A stretch of DNA of 63,326 nucleotides, counting the filler, from Octopus bimaculoides (taxonomy: Eukaryota), in the NCBI RefSeq assembly GCF_001194135.2. It is 2 parts of 2 records of this genome, joined end to end, with 100 filler letters (N's around TTAATTAATTAA, not from the genome) between each part and the next. Parts side by side here need not be neighbours in the genome. Positions count along the whole stretch, not along the records: positions 32,048 to 63,326 come from NC_069004.1; 1 more part is not named here. One strand, given 5' to 3'. Numbering within the stretch: the first letter of the stretch is position 1; each line of letters begins with the position of its first letter. The notes under the pieces were generated by a model, which was not told where the DNA came from, searched no databases, and saw only the letters and a program-made list of their open reading frames with translations. Positions 49,478-61,930 of the stretch are shown here, piece after piece. The translations under genes were made by a program, and so were the position numbers.

Positions 49478-49890
49478 CACAACTATGGGTGTGTGGTAGG
49501 AAGCTTGCTTCCAAACCACATGACTTCAGGTTCAGTCCCACTGTGTGGCATTTTGGGCAAGTGTTTCTACTAAAGCCTCAGGCCAACCAAAACCTCGTGA
49601 GTGGATTTGGTTGAGGGAAACTGAAAGAAACCTATCAGAAATGTGTGTGTTTGTGTGTATATATCTGAGTTTGTGTTTCATTGTCTTGATATCATTTAAT
49701 AGTTGTAAACAAGTGTCACTGTCTTACAAGCAGTGTTGTTTCCACTCATCCGTAGAAACTTGTCCAGTCATGAAGATATATTACCTTGGCTGGAAACTAG
49801 TGAATGTTGGTGACAGGAAGTGCATCCCAGCTGCCTTGACAAATTCTGTCCAACCCATGCAAGCATGGAAAAGTGGATTTTACAACAATA
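49478..49890 (+). mobile_element. SINE A head joined to a family E-type tail
   Basis: Head 49478-49630; tail ...gtccaacccatgcaagcatggaaaagtgg; similar chimera at 55290-55590. Confidence 0.7.
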
Positions 49891-49954
49891 CCATGGTGAT
49901 GATTTGTACATACATGCATACACACACAGCTTATTTACTTAGGGTTGTGAAGTG

Positions 49955-50085
49955 GTGAGTACAGTTTCTGGTCGGCCTGAGGCTATAGTAGAAGACACTT
50001 GCCCAAGGTGCCTCACAGTGGAACTGAACCTATAACCATGTGGTTGGTAAGCAAGCTATTTACTACACAGTCACTACTGAGCCTA
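49955..50085 (-). mobile_element. SINE family A head
   Basis: ggtcggcctgaggctatagtagaagacacttgcccaagg. Confidence 0.85.
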
Positions 50086-50673
50086 TAGATATAGTTTACT
50101 TTTCCATTAAGGTAAGGTCAACAAAGAAAGTACTCCATCTGGTGGGAGAAACAAATATTATTTAATACACACAGTTTTTGGGTATGTACCACTTATAGTT
50201 TCATATTCTGAAGATTTATCAAAGTAGGTTTTGGGACACTCCTGGGGTCTTCAAGTAATGTCCAGGCTCCACACCCATGATCCGTAATGGGAAACAGCTT
50301 TTGGTTTGGATGTGTGGATCTAAAAAATTTGACTCGTGTTCTAGTTATGTAATTTTTGTCAATATTATTCTGTTTCATAGTTTTGTTATTGCTGAGAGCT
50401 CGTAGAAATGAGACCAAAAAAAAGAACAATCTTAATATAAATATGATGTTATGTGTGTATATATTTATGTGTGTGTGTATATATATATGCACAAAATGAT
50501 GATGAATCATTTGTCATGTTTCCTAGTCTCTCCGATGCTGTCCATTAGCGGTGTCATTGTCCTCCCCTCCCTCTTTGGTCTTAAGTACCGACAGTCAAAG
50601 ACTTAATGCTTTCTCCGGTTTACCAAAAAATTATCTGACTCAATGAAATGACAACATTTTCGCTGCTACTTAC

Positions 50674-50727
50674 CAAAGTCTGATGTCTCAGCCGTTTTCT
50701 TACTGCTGGTGATGCAGACCCATCCAT
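50674..50727 (-). other. Candidate exon segment (could encode MDGSASPAVRKRLRHQTL) ending at a |gtaagt donor
   Basis: Strong donor; acceptor position ambiguous. Confidence 0.2.
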
Positions 50728-51137
50728 ATATAGAAACAAATTCAAAGAGCAACAAACACCCAAAAAGACATTCACAGTTGATATTGGTTTCAAATTTTGA
50801 CACAAGGCCAGCAGAAAGAAAAATGTTATAGAATGAAATTGTAGCATTTTGGACAAAGTCTTTCATTGGACACTGGAGGAATGTCCATGTTGACACAATG
50901 AAAAGACGAAAGTACATACACATATCTATCATTCTGTGCATCTTTCTCTAAAGATATAGAAATATATATATGTAGTAATATTTGTAGCCACTTCAACATA
51001 GCTGTCCATTTGGATGGCCCCCTTCTGCGATTTTTTTAGCCCGAAGCTTCTGTTCTGTATGAATTTCAATGTAATTATGAACATTGTAAACTTCACGACT
51101 GTAACTGTTACATTGGATAAACAAATACAGCACTTAC

Positions 51138-51168
51138 TTGGCCTTGCATTTACAACAAGAGGTTATTG
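51138..51168 (-). other. Candidate 31-nt micro-exon
   Basis: Acceptor ttttcattttccaatttatatacag| and donor |gtaagt. Confidence 0.35.
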
Positions 51169-51349
51169 CTGTATATAAATTGGAAAATGAAATAAAATCA
51201 TATTGATAGATACATTAGTTTATAGCACTACTGTTCCATAGAGATTCCACAAGCAAAAAAAATAAAGCTTACCTATAGCTGCAATTATTAATCCTTTTGA
51301 AATCATGTCACTCGAAACTTCTCCTAGTTAAGTGATAGAAATTCCACAT

Positions 51350-52007
51350 TTTAAAGTGATTTAAACTAAGATCTTCCATTGAAATTCTATGTTGGTCTGT
51401 ATTCTAAACGCCAGCTAAATAACAACAAAGAATTAACTTGGAACAAAGGCTGCATATTTCAACAGAAATATGGTAACAAAAGGGTTACCAGAGAAATACA
51501 AACCAAAAATCATATCCAAACACAGCACGAGTGGAATAATGAAAGGTTAACGTATTTGTTGCCATATTTCTCTTGAAATACGCTTGCCTTTGTTTCTGTT
51601 TATTTTCAAAAATAATGAAGAATTTAGTAAAATTACTTTCTCATTATTAATCTTGTATTTGGAACATAAAATAACATGAAATTTTGATGGAAGATTTTAA
51701 CCCTTTTGTTGCTAAATTTTTGTTGAAATAAAACTTCCTTTGTTTCAGAATAGTTTTGAAAATGATGAAGAATTTAGCAAAATAACTTCATCGTTATTAA
51801 GCTGTTGTTTGGAAGATAAATTAACATGAAGTTTTGATGGGAAGTTTTAATTTAAGTCTCTTTAAAACAGGAAGTTTATAGCATAAGACCAAGGGTGATC
51901 TCAAGCAGATTGGTATCAAAAGGGTTGATTTAGAAAATTTTAAAGAAGGGGGATTGTATCATAGAACCGTGGGTGGTCTCCAGCGGGTGGATATTAAAAA
52001 TGTTAAT
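51350..52007. mobile_element. Cluster of piggyBac-type MITE copies (inverted partial 51350-51487, partial 51547-51696, full 51697-51928, extra 3' end to about 52007)
   Basis: ttaa-cccttttg...caaaaggg-ttga termini; mutually homologous bodies. Confidence 0.75.
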
Positions 52008-52071
52008 CATTTAAAAATTTGGCTGTAATGATTTTGTCAGTCACAAATGCATTTTTCTGATCCATCAAAGT

Positions 52072-53079
52072 TATGAGGTCTGATCAAAAAGTACCTGTAT
52101 TGGTGCTATAAAGAGCAAACCACAACACACATCAACTTGGCATTTAATTTCCTTCAAAGTAATCTTTTGAAGCCACACATTTTATTCAGCATCATTTCCA
52201 TTGGTGGAAGCATCCTTGGAACTCTTGTTTTTGGATTGCAGGCACCTGCCTCATCACATTCTCTTGGACTTCCTCGAACATCTTGAAATCTTGTAGTAAA
52301 GATTGTTTGCCAACATAACATGGCAGTCCCGGTCTAAGACGAATGTTGCTGTAATTTAGCCCCAGGAGACATCGTCTCCAGCTGGCTATATGACACGATC
52401 TGTGTCCTTATATTTTCGAACCAGGGAATCTAGCACTCCTCACTCAGCTCAAAACAATATCTGTGTAACCCAGAAATCGCGATACACAGATATTGTTTTG
52501 AGCTGAGTGGGGGTGCTAGATTCCCTTGTTTGAAAATATAAGGACACAGATCGTGTCGTATAGCCAGCTGGAGACGATGTCTCCTGGGGCTAAATTACAG
52601 CAACATTCATCCTAAACCAGGACTGCCATGTTATATTGGCAAACAATCTTTACTACAAATTACTGTTGCTGAATATCTCACGCTATGAGATTTAAAAATA
52701 CTAATTTTCTTATCTTGAAATCTTGTGTGTGTGTCTTCCACTATGAAGACTGAGCCTTAGTTTTGGGGTCATAGCCACAGACCCATGATTTGTCACCTGT
52801 TATGACTGTTTCCCAAAAGTTTTTGTCTCCCTCGAAACAATCAAAAAGATCCTACACGGCTGAAGCCCGATCTTTTCAAGATGACCACACTCTACATACT
52901 TCACAGCCAAGCACTGTTATAAACAACAGAAGTGAGAGAGAACATTGTAACTTGGTGAGCATGTGCGACAGAGTTTAAGCTCCGAGTTCAAGGTCAGTCT
53001 GTGCCAGAGGTCTTCACTCTGTGTACTTCAGCTCTGTTATCACAGCAAGAGTCCTGAAACTTTATGGTCGGACCAAATA
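52072..53079 (-). mobile_element. Non-autonomous mariner (internal deletion) interrupted by a foldback insertion
   Basis: TA-bounded TIRs matching 16/21; minus strand VITGDKSWVCGYDPKTKAQSS joined to RFQDVEEVQENV...FHQW...DYFEGN*. Confidence 0.85.
52280..52726. mobile_element. Foldback insertion: about 177-bp inverted arms, 15-nt loop, 53-bp tail, 15-bp TSD
   Basis: Arms 52291-52467 and 52483-52658; atcttgaaatcttgt at 52280-52294 and 52712-52726; the host mariner rejoins when the insert is removed. Confidence 0.85.
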
Positions 53080-53349
53080 TGGTTACAACACACCCACTAT
53101 TATTACATTAATCTGAAGATGAGTCCAAGAAGGTCTTGAAATGCTGAAGAACTCCAGGAACTTTGTTCCAAACTAAACAAGGAAAACTAATAAGGAAATG
53201 TATTCTAAAAGACAACAAACAAAAAAAAAAACACCTGAATAAAAAAAGTTATAACTTGAACATAATCGTGTCTTCTCTGTATAACTTATTTGAAAAGAAA
53301 ATCTTTACTTATATATACATACCAGTGTGTGTGTGTGTGTGTGTGTATG

Positions 53350-53387
<38 letters not shown>

Positions 53388-53399
53388 TATGTTGCCAAC

Positions 53400-53620
53400 T
53401 TTTGGAGGCGTGTGACTTAGTAGTTAGGGTGTCAGCATCATGATCGTAGGATTGTGGTTTCGATTCCTGGACTGGGCGACACGTCTTCTTGAGCAAAACA
53501 CTTTATTTCACGTTGCTCCAGTCCACTCAGCTGGCCAAAATGAGTAACGCTGCGATGGACTGGTGTCCCATCCAGCAGGGGAATGCAAATGCCATAGAAA
53601 CCGGGAAACCAGTAGTCAAG
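53400..53620 (+). mobile_element. SINE family C head plus CORE-like block with an alternative 3' domain
   Basis: ggtttcgattcc B box; cttgagcaaaacactttatttcac; then gcgatggactggtgtcccatccag. Confidence 0.8.
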
Positions 53621-53664
53621 CGATGGTGGGAGGGGGTGGGGGNNNNNNNNNNNNNNNNNNNAGA

Positions 53665-54250
53665 CAGATAGACAATACAAAGCCTGATAGGAGAAACAAC
53701 AATTAGAAAGACAGGCAAAAAAGACAGGTCATTCGTGGCCGTCTTTTTTCAGTCAAGTTACTAGAAGTCCTTACTGTTTCGAGCAGTTACATTCGAGACT
53801 GTTTGATCTGGTTGCACCCCAAAAAAGTCTTAGCTAAGAGCATTAGATTTTTTTTTGTAAGAAAGCTAGTGAATGTGTACGACAACAAAAACAAAAAAAC
53901 AGAGAACATAGTACATAATTACAAATATAAGCAAGAAGAAAATAATAAAAGGGGAATCAAGTTTAGCTGGTGTGTATGAAGTGAAAACCTAAAGGCAGGA
54001 ACATAGATGGACATAAGATGTGTTGGTGGTCAGCAGTCAGGCCAAAGAAAGAAAGATCATGGCTGGCCGGACACTGGTCATGTGGAAGGAGAGAGAAGGG
54101 TAGAGGCGGTGGGATTGAAGGATTAGAAAAAAAAAATCAGAGATAAGGAAAGGTACAGGGGAAAAAGTGGGAGTTAAAGAAAGAGAGGACCAAGAAATGT
54201 GAGAGAGAGAGAGGGGGAGCATATATGACCAACATACCCTGTGATCTTCA
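53665..54250 (-). mobile_element. Probable Penelope-like 3' region, decayed
   Basis: Minus strand half-hammerhead ...actgctcGAAACAGTAagg; purine-rich plus strand similar in style to the 5345-5620 segment. Confidence 0.4.
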
Positions 54251-54382
54251 GTTGAAAATAACATTTTAACATCTATTTCTAAAATATTTCTTTATTTTAT
54301 CTTTATTGTGAGTTTCTGGTGGTTTTCAAGCCTTGGCTCTGATTTTAGCAAATGGTATTATAAACCCTACTAAATCTCTCTT

Positions 54383-54443
<61 letters not shown>

Positions 54444-54535
54444 NNNNNNNNNNNNNNNNNNNNNNNNNNNNNNNNNNNNNNNNNNNNNNNNNNNNNNNNN
54501 NNNNNNNNNNNNNNNNNNNNNNNNNNNNNNNNNNN

Positions 54536-54571
<36 letters not shown>

Positions 54572-55694
54572 GCCATTTGGTTCATCAGTCTTCAGTCAAA
54601 TCGTCCAACCCATGCTAGCATGGAAAGCGAACATTAAACGATGATGATATATACACACATACAAAAACAAATTTTATTTCCTCTTACTTTACAATTTCAT
54701 GCAGCAGCACATTTTATGGTTGTTACGACTTTAAATACTAACTGTTGTGGGTTAACTGTAACCTGAAACATAATTGAGAGCCACTACAATATCCACCCAG
54801 ATAATATATCCCTCTAAGCTCATACCACACACACACACTCACATATATATATATATGTAGTAGAGCTTGGCAGAATACTCTGGTTTGCAAACTGTTGTAA
54901 AGCTGTCCAAATCATGCCAGCATAGGAAACGGGCATTAAATAATGATGATGATGATGAGATAAATATTTGCTGCAAGGTGTGATGCACAACCAAAAGTTA
55001 GGGTTTGGTAGTATATTCCACATTCCACTCCTCCTCTATCCAGTGTCGATAAATGCAGGGTCTCAAATTACCAAATAAGCAAATTTTCAGAATAATAGCC
55101 ATATAATAGTATGATTAATGCACAAAAAAGCACATTTGGTGTTTCAACTTTTAGGAAATATACATGTATTTCTGTAAACTGACTGACAAGATTACACAAC
55201 TGTTTGGTGAAATTATATAATCTCGCTGGCACTTCATCAGTATTTGACAAAAAAGGAAAGAAGCAGGGTGTCTCCTACTATAGCCCCAGGTCAACTAAAG
55301 CCTTTTGAGTGAATTTGATAGATGGAAACTGAAAGAAATCCATTGTGTGTGTGTATATGGATGTTTATTTTTGTGTTTCCTTGTCTTGGATTCATCTGAT
55401 AGTTGTAAATGAATATCACTGTCATACAAGCAACGGTTCGCTTCCACATTTCCATGAAAACATCTAGTCATGGGGTAGTAATATGTTTCTTGGAAACAAG
55501 TGAGGATTGACAATAGGAAAGGCATCCCATCTGTAGAAAATTTAATCCATGCAAGCATAGATAAGTGGACTTTAAAACAATGATGAAGATAAACATACAT
55601 ACATACATACAGTCTTGTTGTGTGTCCTTCAATGTTTCAATAAATAGGATGTGAGCTGGCTGCTGTTTCTAACAGTATTCAGAAATATCTCTGA

Positions 55695-55874
55695 ATCTTT
55701 TACTAGTTTCAATCATTAGACCGTGACCATGCTGGGGTACCATCTTGAAAAACTTTTAGTCAAGTGAATCAACCCCTGTACTTATTTTCCGTTTCAAGAT
55801 TCTTTTGCAGCACCAATAAATTGTCGGGGATGTAAACAAACTGACACCAGTTGTTAAGCATCGATGGAGGATAA

Positions 55875-55907
<33 letters not shown>

Positions 55908-56055
55908 CATGCATACTCACACATGTATATACAACAGGCTTCTTTCAGTTTTGATCTACCAGATCCACCTATAAGGCTTTGGTCAGCTCGAAGCTATAAC
56001 AGAAGACAATTACTCAAGGTGCCATGCAGTGAGATTGAACCTGGAACCATCTTGT
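55695..56055 (-). mobile_element. SINE family A, near full length with internal (CA)n
   Basis: Family motifs in reverse order. Confidence 0.75.
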
Positions 56056-56422
56056 TATTGATGATGCACCAAGGCACCATTTCTTGTATTGATATGCACA
56101 TCTTATAATTCATTGATAGATTCCTTATCTTTTTTTATTAATCTTTAGAAATGTGTGTGTGTGTGTGTGTGTGTGTGTTGGTGGTGTTGTTTAACCCATG
56201 GTCAGTCCTGGTCCAAGGGATCAATGATCAGAATCATTCTAGATCTGACTAGCCTGATAATATTTCTGTTCTTTTTTGGTGTTTTTTTGCACACGGTGTA
56301 TCTAAGAGTACACAATCCAATGTCTTCCCCTCTTATTTTTTACAAAGGTCTTAGGTGAGATGTGACTGCTATTTCTAGCAAGCTGAATGATTACAAAACA
56401 AGGATCCCCCCTCCCCTTTGTT

Positions 56423-56475
<53 letters not shown>

Positions 56476-57143
56476 NNNNNNNNNNNNNNNNNNNNNNNNN
56501 NNNNNNNNNNNNNNNNNNNNNNNNNNNNNNNNNNNNNNNNNNNNNNNNNNNNNNNNNNNNNNNNNNNNNNNNNNNNNNNNNNNNNNNNNNNNNNNNNNNN
56601 NNNNNNNNNNNNNNNNNNNNNNNNNNNNNNNNNNNNNNNNNNNNNNNNNNNNNNNNNNNNNNNNNNNNNNNNNNNNNNNNNNNNNNNNNNNNNNNNNNNN
56701 NNNNNNNNNNNNNNNNNNNNNNNNNNNNNNNNNNNNNNNNNNNNNNNNNNNNNNNNNNNNNNNNNNNNNNNNNNNNNNNNNNNNNNNNNNNNNNNNNNNN
56801 NNNNNNNNNNNNNNNNNNNNNNNNNNNNNNNNNNNNNNNNNNNNNNNNNNNNNNNNNNNNNNNNNNNNNNNNNNNNNNNNNNNNNNNNNNNNNNNNNNNN
56901 NNNNNNNNNNNNNNNNNNNNNNNNNNNNNNNNNNNNNNNNNNNNNNNNNNNNNNNNNNNNNNNNNNNNNNNNNNNNNNNNNNNNNNNNNNNNNNNNNNNN
57001 NNNNNNNNNNNNNNNNNNNNNNNNNNNNNNNNNNNNNNNNNNNNNNNNNNNNNNNNNNNNNNNNNNNNNNNNNNNNNNNNNNNNNNNNNNNNNNNNNNNN
57101 NNNNNNNNNNNNNNNNNNNNNNNNNNNNNNNNNNNNNNNNNNN

Positions 57144-57192
<49 letters not shown>

Positions 57193-57608
57193 ATATATAA
57201 ATTTATAGAGCAAGAAGATGGAATGTACAGGGTTTAATCACAAATCACAACATTTGTTTCTGTGCAATGGCAACAGCTGTGGATTGCTGAGTTTTCCCTA
57301 TCATACTATGCACATTATGAGGTTACCACTCAAGGACTTTCCAGACTCCAATTGATGAGGGGAATCAGCTGCAAATGTTCCGTGTGTCATATTTTTGTCC
57401 TGTTTGCCGTTTGTCATGCTATCATCTGTTTTTCCGCACGTGGTGTTTTGTTGTTTTCTATTTGTTGTGTTCTTCCTGTCCTACCCGATTGCTCATACTT
57501 TTCACTGGTGTTGCTGTTGATGTTGAAGGATGAAATGAAATTTTCAGTTTCTTCAGAAGCCATCATCAGATGAAGAATCAGTTAATGTTAATCCTTGATA
57601 GCATAGCT

Positions 57609-58204
57609 CAGGGGTTCTCAACCATTTTTCATCTCTGGACCCCTTAGATTACAGTTTCATTCTGGTGGATTCCTAAACATCCATTCCATGCTTAAAAACT
57701 AGTTTTATAGAAACTTCTTTTAAAATCCCTATTTTGTTTTTCAAACATTAACTTGTTTGAATGATGTAAAATGTTGGAGAAAGAAACCCAGCTGTTTCGT
57801 GCAATACATATCAATACATACATTTAAAGAGGGGTTCTCAACCATTTTTTTTACCTATGTGCCCTTTTGATTACCATTTTATTCTGGTCGACCCCCATAG
57901 CCATTCGATGTTTAAAAACTAGTTTTATAGAAACTTCTTTAAAAGTTCCTATTTTGTTTTTCACACATTAAACTTATGTAGAAAGAAACCGCACCGTTTC
58001 TTGCAATACAACCAATACATACATCTAAAGCAGGGGTTCTCACCCATTTTCTGTCTAGGGGTCTTTTTGATTATTATTTCATTCTGGTCGTATAAAGCAA
58101 AATTTTTTCAAGGGCCCTTAAAATACTGATGTGGATCTCCAATTTACTATTTTTTTTGTGTGGAACCCCTAAAACCCTATATGGACCCAGGTTGAGAACA
58201 ACTG
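57609..58204 (+). mobile_element. hAT-type MITE with three tandem left-end units (about 210 bp) and one right end
   Basis: caggggttctcaacc (57609) versus ggttgagaacaactg (58190-58204); flanks gcatagct/gtatagcc (8-bp TSD, 6/8 match); left-end motif recurs at about 57829 and 58031. Confidence 0.8.
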
Positions 58205-58277
58205 GTATAGCCGAAGGAATTACAAACAATAACTTTCTCTCACCCTCTCTCTGTTTTCATATGTCAATCTGTTTCTT

Positions 58278-58314
<37 letters not shown>

Positions 58315-58683
58315 CTCTCTCTGTCTTTCTCTCTTTATCTTTATCTCTGCATTTTTTTTTTCTTTTCAAAGGGGGTTGTGGGTTGAGGCAGTTTTCTTCC
58401 TTTTCTTTTTTTTTTTTTCCATTTTATGCATAAAAAATGCTTGAATAGCTCAAAATGTCCAGTCCACTCCATCAAATCAACATCATTGGTCTCTCATTTC
58501 CATCATCATCATCACCATCAGTATCAGCATTACCATCATTATTGTAAACATCCCCACCGCCATAAGCATCATCATCATCATCAACTCTGCTCTCCTCATC
58601 ATCATCACCCATCATCATCATCACCACTATTCTCATCGTCATCACCATCACCACTGTTCTCATGTTACCCTTCCTCCTCCCCC

Positions 58684-58719
<36 letters not shown>

Positions 58720-58939
58720 GTGTCAACCGCAATAACATGAAGGCGGGGAAGGAGAGGATCAGAAGCAGAAGGAGGGGGGGGAAAGGAAGAAAGACCCCAA
58801 TACAAAAAAAAACAAGAGAGAGATGATGTTGGCATGGCAACCAGAGGGAGGAAGTGATGGTGAGAGGAAAGGGAGGAGGAGGGGAAGTAGTGGTTTTGGG
58901 GTGAGGGTGTTTGTGAGTGGGGGATGGAAAACAGATGGT

Positions 58940-59305
58940 GTGGGTGGAGACTTAGGCATGTGCTTTGATTTGTGTGTGTGAATGTTGTATGATTTGTGTG
59001 TATGTGTGTGTATACACTGATGTGTGTATGTGCTTGGTGTGTATGGTATGGTATGTGTGTGTGTGTGTATACAGTGTGTGTCCCCAATGTGTATGTATGT
59101 TATGGTGTCTATGTATGTGTGTATGGTGTATGTATGATGTACAAATATGTGTGTATAAGGTATGTATATTGTGTATATGTATGTGTATGGTATGTGTGTA
59201 TGATTGTGTGCGTATGGTGCATATGTAAGATGTATACGTATGTATGTATAAGGTATGTATGTTGTGTGTGTGTATGGTATGTGCATATATGGTATGTGTG
59301 TAACT
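58940..59305. repeat. Degenerate (TG)n/(TATG)n tract
   Basis: Direct reading. Confidence 0.9.
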
Positions 59306-59549
59306 ATAATAGGCCATACCAGTAATTATAACTGACATTTCCATGACACATCAGTCTACTTGCGAAAATTGGTCCATTGGTGGGGGTAAAGCTGGTGGTG
59401 GTGGTGGTGGTGATTAATGTTGTTCAACCCCTGGTCAATCCTGTTTTAACAGACCTAACATGATCAAAGGCATTCCATATGTGCCCGTCCTCTGATAAAG
59501 CTATATCTAAGACCACAATAGCTACCATGCCCATTTTTTTTTTAAAGGG

Positions 59550-59960
59550 AGGCACGGCTAAGTGGTTATGAACCTTGCTTTGCAACTGCCTGGCTTTGAG
59601 TTCAGTCCCACTCTGTGGCACCATGGGTGTCTTCTGCTGAAGTCCTTGGCTGAATTTGAACTCAGAACCTGGAGACAGATGAAATACTGCTAAGCATTTT
59701 GCCCAGCGTGCTAATGATTCTGCCAGCTCGTTTGGTTGATGTCGATAGATTGATGTCAGGGTCTTTCTCATTGTTCCCATCTCTCACTGTATGATAGCTG
59801 GTGTTAGTTTGTTTACAACCCTGTGACTTAGCCATTCAACAAAAGAGATTGATAGAATAAGTACCAGACTTGAAAAAAAAATACCGGGGTTAATTTGTTA
59901 GACTAAAACCCTTAAAGGTTGTGCCCCAGTATGGCCACTGTCAAATGGCTGAAACAAGTC
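59550..59960. mobile_element. SINE A (+) halves with a nested SINE B fragment (-, about 59642-59730)
   Basis: Family motifs. Confidence 0.65.
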
Positions 59961-60319
59961 ACGACAAATGGTATAATTCGAGGGAGACTCAGCTGCTGTT
60001 TCTAGTTAGTCAAGCAAACAGTGGTACTTATTTTACCAACAGTAGTGATGTTATTGTTCTTCTTGTTGTTGATCTAGCAGACCTCCAATCAGTAAGATTC
60101 CTGCCATGACCATCTCACTGATTTACATCTGTCAGAGACTAGCGACCATATTTGTTTTATCGATTGAGTCCTTTACTTTTGAAGGCAATCAGGTTGTTAT
60201 TTGAAGGAGAATTCAAGACTTAGCTGTTGTTTCTTGCAAACCAGACAACCATTTAGAAGTTCTGGGTTACTTGACAATCTCTGCATCTGTTTTAGCTTAT
60301 GACTGTTTACTCTTTGAGT

Positions 60320-60449
60320 GTGGTTAGTCTTGCTGTTGTGTGTGTGTGTGTGTGTGTGTAGGTATGTGCTACAAATATTTGTGTCTATCTATCTATCCAT
60401 TCATCCGTCCATCCCTCTCTTTCTCTCTCTGTCTCTCTCTCTCTCTCTG

Positions 60450-60484
<35 letters not shown>

Positions 60485-61662
60485 GCCTATCTATCTATCC
60501 ATCTAGCCACCTCTCTCTCTCTCACTTTCTATCTATCTATCTATTTTCTATATATATATACATGCACATATGTATTTAAATATATATGTGCACATATATG
60601 TATATGTAGACACGAGTGTGTGTGTGTGTGTATGTATGTATATATATATAAAATATATTTTATGTGCGTGTGCATATGTTAGTATGTATATATATATATA
60701 TATATATATATACGATGGGTGTAGACACGAATACCTACCTATATATATATATATATATATATTCCATGTATATTTAAACACACCCATGTCCTTTTAAACA
60801 TGCTTAAAATACATATGAATATAAGTATGTTTAAATGCATAATATGATGTGTATATGAGTAGTATAAAATATATATACACACACATGCATATAATTTCTG
60901 GAACCTCGTTTCATACATACCATGTCACTTCTACTACACACACACACACACATGTAAGTGTAAACACACATACACCTACCCATATACACTCACTTGATGC
61001 TGGTGGTGGATAATTGTGGGTAATATTGATTAACAAATTCTGGCTTAATTATTTGATAATTTAGAGTATTTTTGGTGGTGATGGGTGGTGGTTGTGGTGA
61101 GGTGTATATATGTGGTGATGTGTGTATATATGTGTTCATATATGCGTGCATGTGTTTTTGTGTATGCGTATACTTGTGTGTGTGTGTGTGTGTGTGTGTT
61201 TGTTTGTGTGTGTTTTGTGTGTGTTTGTGTTCATATGCATGTGTTTGTGTGTGTATATGGGCATGTATACAACTGTCTATATGCATGTATGTGTATATAT
61301 ATATATACATATGTGTGTGTGTGTACTTCTGTATATGGGCATGCATACATCTGTGTATATATGTGTGTGTATAAATATGTATATATATGTGTGTGTGTGT
61401 GTGTGTGCTTGTGCTTCTATATATATGTGTGTGTCTGTGTTCACATATACATGTGTGTGTGTGTGTGTGTTTGTGTATACATGTGCATTTGTTGTGTGAT
61501 TGTGTGTACCTCTGTATATGGGCATGTATACATCTGTCTGTGTGTTTGCATATGTATATGTGCTTGTGTGTGTGTCTGTGTCTGTGTGTATGTGGTAGAA
61601 GAAGCTGAGTGTGGGCAGTAAGTATTTTTGTTCCAAGGGTGGATGATGGCTTTCTGGTGCGA

Positions 61663-61696
<34 letters not shown>

Positions 61697-61816
61697 GTGT
61701 GTGTGTGTGAGGGGTAGGTGTGATTTGGGTGGATGGAGGGGCAATCTATGTTTGTGTGTGTGTGTGTGTGAGAGGGGTGTAGGTGTATATGTGTTTGGGT
61801 GAGAGAAAGTGTGACT

Positions 61817-61854
<38 letters not shown>

Positions 61855-61930
61855 AAAATCTGACCCTGTATGTGTGTGCGTGTGTGTACATGTGAGAGAA
61901 AGTCAAACTCTGTGTGTGTGTGTGTGTGGG
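60320..61930. repeat. Long compound degenerate microsatellite region (TG, CT, TA, GAT)
   Basis: Direct reading; source of many spurious ORFs. Confidence 0.9.

Noticed and set aside
53112-53150. Hammerhead-like ctgaaga...gaaatgc
   Set aside because: Stem II needs two corrections, there is no NUH triplet, and stem I does not pair
53765-53800. Half hammerhead on the minus strand (gctcGAAACAGTAagg)
   Set aside because: The CUGANGA half is missing, so it cannot be called a ribozyme in this copy
57262-57585. 103-aa plus-strand ORF and minus-strand MASEETENFISSFNIN... frame
   Set aside because: No clear family; the similarity to the LINE endonuclease GDFN motif is too weak, and the frame breaks after about 50 codons
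57609-58204. Regularly spaced repeats as a CRISPR-like array (also 20552-20642 and 45188-45530)
   Set aside because: Eukaryotic context, no unique spacers between identical repeats, and no cas genes
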